Assembly (NCBI GenBank): GCA_024704765.1
Contig: JAKMXF010000312.1
Coordinates: 186,001-250,000, forward strand
Direction of reading: 5' to 3'
DNA: 64,000 nucleotides
From: Oopsacas minuta
Taxonomy: Eukaryota; Animalia; Porifera
The notes beneath the pieces were generated by a model. The model saw only the letters and a program-made list of their open reading frames with translations. It searched no databases and was not told the origin of the DNA. This document shows, in pieces, positions 12,835 through 22,201 of this stretch; position 1 is the first letter of the stretch, and the number at the start of each line of letters is the position of its first letter. Both the position numbers and the translations under genes were made by a program.

Positions 12835-13911
12835 ATGGCCTCTACCCTAAGCTTTGATGGTCCCTTCGTTGCATCGGAATCCTTCCGTCAAATCTTGACT
12901 AATACAAATCATTGTCTTGACATGTTCGAGCATATAGAGACTAATAGAACTTGGTCAGAGTGGGCTTCAGATTGGGCAGTAGGTGAGAGGAATTCTATTA
13001 ATGGAGAAAGAATGGTTGGTTTCCTCAAAAAACTGATAAATAATGCTAGGAGTGGACAGAATGCATGTGCTGAGTGCTTAGAGGCATTAGATAAAGCTGA
13101 CAGTTTAAATACGAGAGCCAAACAAATGAATATATATCTTGAAGTTGAGGATTATGATATTTCTCAAGTAAAATTAGGTAAAACGTACGATCTAAACCGA
13201 AGCCCCAAATACAAAGAAACAAAGGCACTTGAGTATGCTGATTTGATCACCTATGGTGGTTTAACAGTACTGGCAACAGGAACTGTAACAGGAATCGAAT
13301 TCAAAAGGCGCGGTAAAAATTGGCAAGAAATAACAAAGTTATTTCGTAAGGTAAATATACTTACCTTCTCTAGAGATACTGTTATTATTTGCTCTTTCAC
13401 TGCATTAGGTGTACTTTTAGCTACCATAGCTTATAATAATGTTCATTCTAAAGGGCTTGAAAGGGGTGAAATATACCATAAAGTGAAGGAACTGTACGAG
13501 ACATTAGCGCTATTTGAAGTTGAAGGAACGCTTGCAAGTTTTGACAGTTTTGTAATGGAAATCGAAAGTGTCACCCGGCAAATACATTCAAGAAATGTTG
13601 ACTACGAGAAAATGGTTGATTTTCACATTACTGAAGCTTCGAATGCTAGGTTCCAGATTGAAACAAATCTACGAAACGAGGAGAAAACTCGCCAAAACAA
13701 GAAAGGTGTTACAGAAGCTATGAAACTATATCAACAAACTATCGAGAAGGAACTTAATGATTTATCTATTGAAGAACCAGATATGAGTGAGGAGATGAGA
13801 AAGAGAAGTGCTAAAAGAATAGCTAAGAACAGCTGTAAATCCTTTCTGAAAGGAAAATTGAATTACACTGATGATGAAGCAGATGAGTTTGTAGAAGTTT
13901 TCCAAAACTAA
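12835..13911 (+). CDS. Unknown family, member B1 (358 aa; helical, central hydrophobic segments, C-terminal coiled coil)
   Basis: Intronless ORF starting MASTLSF. N- and C-termini are conserved with B2. Hydrophobic stretches LITYGGLTVLATGTVTG and TVIICSFTALGVLLATIAY. Confidence 0.8.
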   Translation: MASTLSFDGPFVASESFRQILTNTNHCLDMFEHIETNRTWSEWASDWAVGERNSINGERMVGFLKKLINNARSGQNACAECLEALDKADSLNTRAKQMNIYLEVEDYDISQVKLGKTYDLNRSPKYKETKALEYADLITYGGLTVLATGTVTGIEFKRRGKNWQEITKLFRKVNILTFSRDTVIICSFTALGVLLATIAYNNVHSKGLERGEIYHKVKELYETLALFEVEGTLASFDSFVMEIESVTRQIHSRNVDYEKMVDFHITEASNARFQIETNLRNEEKTRQNKKGVTEAMKLYQQTIEKELNDLSIEEPDMSEEMRKRSAKRIAKNSCKSFLKGKLNYTDDEADEFVEVFQN

Positions 13912-14110
13912 CTTTTTTCTGTGGGCAGCTATCTCCTCTTATTTTATTTCTTTTAGGTGTTTTACTAAATATTTTTAGGAATTCTTTCTTTATGACGAAC
14001 ATAATCTTTTTGAATATTGTGGTAGCAGGGGCAGATGTTAGAAATGCTGGGGGGGATAATTATCCAGCTGGTGGGGCGCTGTAATCCCCCAGTAGGGTCC
14101 AGGGGCGAAC

Positions 14111-14172
14111 TTAAGTGGTAGTAATAGGGCCTGTCGGCACTTGGACGACAGGCCCTATTCACTACCACTTAA
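14111..14172. other. TTAA-bounded 62-bp hairpin (second copy at 17791-17853)
   Basis: ttaagtggtagtaatagggcctgtcg-loop-cgacaggccctattcactaccacttaa; ~26-bp stem, 9-nt loop. Confidence 0.85.
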
Positions 14173-14298
14173 TTTCCCCTTCTACTTACTGTTAAGAAAG
14201 TCAAAATATTTTCTCTTAACTTCCCCATCTTCATTTGACTTGGAATTAGAAGTACTTGACTCTAATAACCGAACCAAGTTGTTTAGCAGCCAGTTAGT

Positions 14299-14425
14299 AT
14301 GGTGTTATTAGCTGCAGCTATCTGCTCCAAACAGGGAAAGATTCTAGTGTCTCGACAGTTTGTAGAGATGAACAGATCTCGTATTGAGGGATTGCTTACT
14401 ACATTCACTAAGCTGTTAGAATCTG
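14299..14425 (+). pseudogene. Orphan duplicate of delta-COP exon 1
   Basis: 127 nt ([42 protein letters not shown]) nearly identical to 17910-18036, with the donor retained. No downstream delta-COP exons follow before the duplication junction. Confidence 0.9.
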
Positions 14426-15528
14426 GTTAGATACATATGATATCTTATACGAACTATAACTTTACGTATATCATATCCAACTGTCCTTTTTAGTCCTCCA
14501 GGGCTTGTCTTGATTATTTTCCTATAATTATTTGATGTAAAACAATTTATACGAGTAGTAATACTTCTCTGAGTGCTCTTTGATGATAGTATTCTTGATA
14601 AATATTTCAGTAAACAAGAGCTCTTCTAGCCATATAGGATTTGTTCTTTTTTTGCCCAGAAATGCTGTTCCCCCCAGAAAATTAATCTGATACGTTGAAT
14701 TAGGGAACTACAGCTGTTTCTGACACCTATGGAGGAATTATTTACGTTAATTTCTCTAATTAGTTATTCATTTTGAGACAGAAAATCTAATCAGATTGGA
14801 AAATAAAAAAATCTCAGAGGGGGAGGGGCTATGGAAGGTCAAGGGGCCAAAATATCGTGACAACCTCTGGTGTGACTTTCTTCAAGTAGAATTTGGCCGT
14901 TTCGTGAATTTGGTTATCAAAATGTCTGTTCCGTTCAGCTTTTATCTTTTGTGATTGTGACCTAGAAATTCTTGAAAAACAATATTTCTCACAAATAATA
15001 CTTTAATAAGTTCAGCTAAATTAGCAAAAGTATTTGAATATAAATAATCAGAAAAGGCTCTGTTCAGATAAATTGATCAAAACTAAAATTTTGTTGGAAT
15101 TTGTTATATTATTAAAACTTTCCAATTAAAACGAAATGATACAATTCTTAAGATATTAGTCTACAAAGTTCGTAAGTTTACTCACGAGTTAGAATACACT
15201 TGCATTAGACACCTATAATTATCTTGTAATATCCCTACAAGATAATTATAGGCATTGTATTTATATTTCAGATTCCTCATATAAAGCTCAGCTATAGTAT
15301 AGTAATACAGTCTTTGTAATACAAAAACCCCCGACCCTCATTCCGAAAATGACATTTCCTCGAACATAGAAAAGCTAATATTCAAAAAACTGTACTATAG
15401 TATAGGTTAGCTGTATATAAGGTATTCTATTTACTTTTATAGAAGGTATTAACCTCCAGAATCTTGTCTCTTGTTGACTAGTTACTCATTCTTAAGTTTT
15501 ATATCAGGTGTTTCACTGCTGCACAATT

Positions 15529-16164
15529 ATGGCGAACTATCAACAATTTGTTGATAACATCGGTGAAGGAAGGATTGTCCCAGCTTACTCCAAGCTACTC
15601 TCTGACATCAATTATTGTATCAAAGTATTTGAACGTTTGGAAACTAATCGGACTTATTCTGAAATGTGGTATGATTGGTATAATGGAGAGAGAGGTCAAA
15701 TCGATGTAGAAGGGTTCTTGGGAGCTATGAACACCTTAAGGGAAGAGATAAAATTAGGACTGAGGCTGTACCTTGATTTGACATATAAAGTGAAAAATAT
15801 GCGAACTTCTCAAGAATCTAATCCTCAACCAATGACACACTCTGAAGGAAGTACTCCACGCTGGGAGACTCAACAAGAATTGATGCACCAATTTGCACAG
15901 CTGGTAACTGCTGTTGAACATATTGTAGTCCCGGACGAAACACAACCATCCTATCAGTTTTTCATGACTCTGGTGATGACAATGGTGACAAGGATGAGTT
16001 ACAAGGCGACTCCTGAATTGAGCTATCGTGCGAAAATGTACAAAATTATAAAGGAACTTTACCTGAATCTCAATCAGGATGGTGTATTGGAGGTGTTAAG
16101 AGATAATCATAAGACCGTGAAAGAGTTGATACTAACTATTGATCCAGAGGCTGATTTATCTTAG
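15529..16164 (+). CDS. Unknown family, member A2 (211 aa)
   Basis: Paralog of A1 with an intact frame, a 9-nt in-frame indel and no C-terminal duplication. Confidence 0.8.
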   Translation: MANYQQFVDNIGEGRIVPAYSKLLSDINYCIKVFERLETNRTYSEMWYDWYNGERGQIDVEGFLGAMNTLREEIKLGLRLYLDLTYKVKNMRTSQESNPQPMTHSEGSTPRWETQQELMHQFAQLVTAVEHIVVPDETQPSYQFFMTLVMTMVTRMSYKATPELSYRAKMYKIIKELYLNLNQDGVLEVLRDNHKTVKELILTIDPEADLS

Positions 16165-16423
16165 AACTAGCTTAAGGTTAGAAAAGTATTGTATTCTTAC
16201 TACTACTAAATGTATATACGGGCTTTCCTATTTTACCTAAATCTTTCCTCTTAATTTTCTATCTGATTTGCTTGGCTAGAGGGCAGGGGTTTATTTGAAG
16301 GGCTCCCAGGCCTCCATGAGCCATGAGGACTAGTTGGTGTGTGCTCTATGTAAGATATTTAAGACCTCACTAATGATTTAAATGAGATATTTTACACTTG
16401 ATTATTTATAACAAGCTAGAGTT

Positions 16424-17578
16424 ATGGCCTCTAGCCTAAACTTTGATGATCCTTACGTTGCATCGGAATCCTTCTATCAAATCTGGACTGATGCAAATCA
16501 TTGTCTTGGCATGTTCGAGCGTCTTGAGAAGAATAGAACTTGGTCAGAGTGGGCTTCAGATTGGACAGTAGGTGAGAGGAATTCTATTAATAGAAAAAGA
16601 ATGGTTTTTTTCCTCAAAAAACTGATAGAGAATGTTAAGAGCGGACAGAATACATGTGAGGGGGTAAAACAAGAATTAACTAAGCAGAAAGGTTTACAAA
16701 TGAGGGCCGAACAGTTGAAAATAAGGGCCGAACAGATGGAAAGATGTTAGAAAATTTTGAAATTTGTAAATACAAATCAGGTGAACCGTACAATAGAAGG
16801 GAAGGAACTCCTGGAAAGAAACTCGAATGTGGTAGAATGATAAACTTTGGAGGAATGGTAGGAGCAGGTGGAACAGCATTGGCTACAACATTAGCAACTG
16901 GAGTTACTGCTGTCGATTTAGCAGCAGTCTCTAAGGGGATTATCGTTTTGCCAGCGATGACAATGAGTACTGTTGTCGTTACCTGTAATCGCTATTAGTG
17001 AACTAACTCTCATAGGTGGACTTTTAAGTGCCGTCGCTTATAAACATGTTCATTCAAAAGGGACTAATAGGGGCATAATATACCAGAAGGTTAAGCAACT
17101 ATACGATATGTTATTGGATATGGAAGATAAAAGAGTCTTTGCTGATTTTCAGGGTCTTACAACAGCAATGGAAAGTCACACAAAGATGCTACAAGAATAT
17201 ATCAAAGATTGCGAAAAAACGCTTGATGATCAGCAAAAAATACTTGATGAACAGCAACAAATGCTTATGCTTGAATTTCAACTCAAACAACAATCTCAGG
17301 CCCCGCAGGCTAGGTTGCAGTATGAAACAGATATACAAAGCAATGAGAAGAAAGACTTCATCAAAAAGCGGGAAGAAGGTGTTGCAGAAGCTCTGATACT
17401 ATACCAACAAACTTTCAAGAAGGAACTTAATGATTTATCTATTGAAGAACCAGATATGAGTGAGGAGATGAGGAAGAGAAGTGCTAAAAGAATAGCTAAG
17501 AACAGCTGTAAATCCTTTCTGAAAGGAAAATTGGATTACACTGATGATGAAGCAGATGAGTTTTTAGATTTTTCATAA
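16424..17578 (+). CDS. Unknown family, member B2 (~384 aa), interrupted by two compensating frameshifts (assembly error or pseudogene)
   Basis: ORF pieces 16424-16750, 16744-16998 and 16973-17578 align colinearly with B1. Shifts at ~16747 (TT where TTT restores frame) and ~16979. Confidence 0.7.
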
Positions 17579-17909
17579 TTTTCCCAAACTATCTTTTTTC
17601 TGTGGGCAGCTATCTTTCGTTGCATTTTGTTTATTTTAGGTGTTTACTGAATATTTTTAGGATTTCTTTCTTTTTGATGAACATTATCCCTTTTTGAATA
17701 TTGTGGTAACAGGGGCGGATGTTAGAAATGCTGGGGGATAATTATCCAGCTGGTGAGGCGCTGTAACCCCCAGTAGGGTCCAGGGGCGACTTAAGTGGTA
17801 GTAAATAGGCCCTGTTGGCACTTAGACGACAGGCCCTATTCACTACCACTTAATATCCCCTTCTACTTACTGTTAAGAAGTCGAAATAGTTACTTAGCAG
17901 CTAGTTAGT

Positions 17910-20110
17910 ATGGTGTTATTAGCTGCAGCTATTTGCTCCAAACAGGGAAAGATTCTAGTGTCTCGACAGTTTGTGGAGATGAACAGATCTCGTATTGAGG
18001 GATTGCTTACTACATTCACTAAGCTGTTAGAATCTGGTTAGATACATATGATATCTTATACGAACTATAACTTTACGTATATCATATCCAACTTTCCTTT
18101 TTAGTCCTCCAGGCTTGTCTTGATAATTTTCCTATAATTATTTGATGTAAACAATTCATATAAAGTGAAACCTCACACAGGGGTCTGTAGAAATGGAGTG
18201 AAAAATAAATAGCGAATTCCTATTCCCATTTGTGTAGGTTACGCATTACCTATTTGTTATTCTAGGAGACAGTAAACAACAACACACTTTCATAGAAACA
18301 GAATCAGTTCGCTACGTCTACCAGCCAATGGATTCCAGTCTCTACACAGTATTACTAACCACTAAAGCTAGTAATATCCTTGAGGACTTGGAGAGCTTAA
18401 GACTATTCTCTCGTGTAGTTACAGAGTACTGTACTACTGTATGTGAAGCTGATATTAAGGACAATGCATTTCAACTCATCTTTGCATTCGATGAGATTGT
18501 AGCATTGGGATATAGAGAGAACGTTAATATGACTCAAATAAGGTTTATATAATATTTCTAAGCTCAGAAACTCGTATACTATATGTAATTTTACAGGACT
18601 TATATTGACATGGATTCTTACGATGAGAAGGTGTCTATTGCACAACGAAAGGCTCAAGAGAGAGAGGCAGCTGACATAATGAAGAGGAAGGCTAAGGAAC
18701 TAGAGCTAGCTCGTAAGGAGCAGGCTAAGAAGGGAGGAATGGGTAGAGGAGATAGGATATCATTTCCAGGTATTATCTCCATCCAGATATGTATATACAG
18801 TGTATGCCGGTTATAAAAACACCCTTGGGGGTAGTAATACAGGTTCTTATACTAAAATATACAGGAATATATGAACACAGTTTTCCAGAGGATGGTACTT
18901 ATAACCAGCATCCACTGTAATTACTATATTAGATGCTGTATAACATCTTGTAGGAGGTATAGCTGGTACAGGTGTTAGTTCCAGTGAGGTGAATACGCTC
19001 TCAGTCCTAGACAACAAACCTCCCTTCTACTCATCTCAAGGGAAAGCAGCCGGTAGCAGGGGAATGAAACTGACACCTAAATCAAGAAATGTGGAGAATT
19101 TTGTGGATAACATAATGTTTGTTATTAAATAAAAATTAGAGTTGACAGATTTACTTCTATTTATACTCTAGGCGAGAAGGTGGACACGTAGCATCTCTCA
19201 CAACAAAAGACGCCAGAACAGGAGCTTCTCATCTCAGTCAATCAGCTGTTAGTCTTAAGCCTACTTCTCCTGTACATATTCTAGTGCAGGAGAAGATTAA
19301 TCTGTTTGCTGATAGAAATGGGGGTCTGGAGCAATTCGAGGTATTTACACTCTTGTTAATGTGCGGATTCTACAGCTCCTGTAATTTTTAATTCACACTA
19401 GATTAATGGAGTTCTTTATCTTATCGTTTCGGATGCAGACGGATTAGAGAATACACAAGTACAAATTGAAAGTAAAGAGAAACGTAACTTTCAAATGCAA
19501 ACTCATCCTAACATCGATAAGAAGTTATTTCTACAGAATTCTATTATAGCTATTAAACCTGATGGAAAGTCTTATCTATTAGGAGAGAAGGTGTTACTCA
19601 AATATGGACCATTTTACCTTTCATGTTTTATATACTTCATTGGTTTAGACAGGTGTATTGAAATGGCGTTTCGCCAGCACAGATGAATCAAACATTCCTC
19701 TCTCCATAAACTGTTGGCCCTCAGACGGGGGAGATAGGTGTGATGTGAATATAGAGTATGAGCTGACTCAGCCTAATCTTACGCTTAATGACGTTATAAT
19801 TAGCATTCCATTACCCACGGGATCTGGTAACCCAGTTGTAACAGAATCTGATGGAGATTATGCACTAGACTCTAAGAAGAGATTATTAGACTGGCATTTA
19901 CCTGTGATAGATTCTAACAACACAACTGGTTCAATGGAATTCAGTATACCTGGGCTACCAGATGATTTCTTTCCTATTTCTATTCAGTTTCATTCTGATA
20001 AACCCTTCATGCAGTTTTCAATTCATGACGTCATTTCTAGGAATACTGGTGAAAAAGTTAAATTTTCTATGGAAGCAGAATTATTAGTCGACAGATATGT
20101 CATTCAGTGA
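17910..20110 (+). CDS. ARCN1: Coatomer subunit delta (delta-COP), multi-exon
   Basis: [21 protein letters not shown]; [34 protein letters not shown]; [18 protein letters not shown]; MDSYDEK; mu-homology C-terminus ([23 protein letters not shown]). Confidence 0.96.
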
Positions 20111-20422
20111 TAGCTCTACCTTAACAACAGTAAGTAGGTTATGGTATTTTGTTGTATGATTTGGTTACACTTAGTTTGTTTGCTATTGTTTTGTCAGTTA
20201 ATTACTCGTCATAAGCTGAAGCAAGGATTCTGGTAGGAATACTTACCAACACTCGGATTTCAGTTCTACAATATTTAAGGATATTTTCGGGTAGAAAACG
20301 TGAAATACCGGAAAATTGTGGATATGGGATAGTTACGTATACAGAGGGGGCAATTAATGATACCTTTTATGTGTGTATTTAATGATTTTTATCTACCAAA
20401 ATGTTGACTACATAGCCATTAG

Positions 20423-21439
20423 ATGACTTCTATAGGGGATAGACTATGTTTAACTCCGCTAAGAAAGGTCCTATCCACATCTCTCCCAATCAAACTGCTC
20501 TGTGTTACTATTCTTATATTGTACTTCCTTGCAAACTTCAGGGAATTCTCTCTTTATCTTATATGCTTTCCTTACTATATCAAACCGCCAGCACTGAGGT
20601 TATGGACACTCGTAACGGCTAGTTTTGTAGAAACCCGTATCATTCTTGCCTCAGTTGATATATTCTCTTTGCTATCCTCTGCAACGATATTAGAGCCTAT
20701 ATGGGGAGTTCCTGAATTCTTTATTTTCCTTACTATTATTTCTGTCATTCCTGTTTCGTTAATAATTTCATTCCTTTTCATTATCGGGTTTTTGGGGGTA
20801 GAAAATTTTGCGTATAAACTCGATGTATATGGAGCTGCTGGAATTCTGTGTGGTTTAACTGTTGCTTTGAAACAAGTACATCCTGATTACGAGTTATCAC
20901 TGATCCCACCCATCTCCTTCCGTTTTAAACATCTCCCGTCCCTTTGTTTGTCACTACATCTACTGCTGGGAGGGTTTGACATGATTGAGCCTATGAGTAT
21001 CATCCTTTCTATCACGGGACTACTTGTTAGTTGGATTTATTTGCGGTTTTTCCAGCATCGTGAGTCTGATATGAGAGGTGATCCAACGGACACATTTGAA
21101 TTTGTGACACTATTTCCAGAAACACTACACCCTTGTCTGAATAAATTCGGTGCCACAATCGCCACTTGTCTTCGAGCTATTAGATTATACCCCGCTGCCC
21201 ATCGGACATACGACCTAGGTAATCCTTCTGACATAGAAATGCTACTCCCTCAAACAGGAACCACGAGTACGGACAGGCGCAAACTGAAAGCTCAAAAGGA
21301 TTTAGAAGAAAGGCTAAGTCGTACTGTAGAGAAGAGTGAGGAGGAATGGCCTGATCTTCTAGCTGCGGATACAAGAGATGGAGAATTGGAGAGTGTGGTT
21401 GTTACTGGGGAGAATGAGACAATACAAGTTACAAAATAA
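20423..21439 (+). CDS. TMEM115: Transmembrane protein 115 (rhomboid-like DUF1751), intronless
   Basis: LWTLVTASFVE; LEPIWG..EF; SWIYLRFFQ..RGD..DTFEFVTLFPE; C-terminal RRKLKAQKDLEERL. Confidence 0.88.
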   Translation: MTSIGDRLCLTPLRKVLSTSLPIKLLCVTILILYFLANFREFSLYLICFPYYIKPPALRLWTLVTASFVETRIILASVDIFSLLSSATILEPIWGVPEFFIFLTIISVIPVSLIISFLFIIGFLGVENFAYKLDVYGAAGILCGLTVALKQVHPDYELSLIPPISFRFKHLPSLCLSLHLLLGGFDMIEPMSIILSITGLLVSWIYLRFFQHRESDMRGDPTDTFEFVTLFPETLHPCLNKFGATIATCLRAIRLYPAAHRTYDLGNPSDIEMLLPQTGTTSTDRRKLKAQKDLEERLSRTVEKSEEEWPDLLAADTRDGELESVVVTGENETIQVTK

Positions 21440-22201
21440 TTCGTATTATTAATATGAATAATATTTGTAATTAATTTTAATGTCATATCTAGTTAAGTGT
21501 GAGAAACTCGTTAAGGAAACTGCGAAACTACACACACAAAATCAAATCAAATCAAATCCCGATAAAGTAATGGAAAATCAAAATATGACTAAGGATAATC
21601 AATTCGTAGACAACAATAACATCTCTTGAAGTTATGGGACAGGACTTAAAACGCACCCTGTAATTGATTGAAGAACTGGTAAGAACTACTGAGGAGTTCG
21701 CATATTTTCCTAATAGTTTTTTAGATAAATAATTCGTCTAATAGCAAATTCGCGTAAGTATTAGCAAGCTAAACTACAAAATACAACTTGCTAATACACA
21801 AACTCTACTGTACTGCTCCAATGCTACCATCAACGGATATATACTGAAAGTATTCGTAAGCGCACTCATGCGAAACTTATGTATTTATTTGCAAACGACG
21901 CTTAATCTGAAATACAAAACTGACGGATGCTTCCTATTAGTATACATCAACTAATTCTATGTAACTACACGCTATTTCCCCTATCAGCTGTTCAGTGTAT
22001 TAACCACCTTGTTAAGTACATATTTCTGTAAATGATTTGCAAATTATATATTCGCACAGTTGTGCTAATCCAACCACTCTAGCTAATTTTCTTCTATGTA
22101 GTTAGATTGCATTGGGTATTGACTTACATCTGTGTATGCACAGAATGTATAAATATCTGTGTCGATTAAAATGATGGAATTATTTGATAATACTTTGGAA
22201 A

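Larger units (their letters stand above)
11000..18156 (+). repeat. Tandem segmental duplication: unit 1 ~11000-14547, unit 2 ~14549-18156
   Basis: Near-identical blocks: 11314-11690 vs 14580-14975, ORF A, spacer, ORF B ends, and delta-COP exon 1 plus the start of its intron. The junction carries a 30-bp copy of laccase coding sequence. Confidence 0.95.

Noticed and set aside
16744-16998. The middle piece of B2 treated as an intron or a separate gene
   Set aside because: It aligns colinearly with the B1 central region and lacks GT-AG boundaries; two compensating frameshifts explain it.
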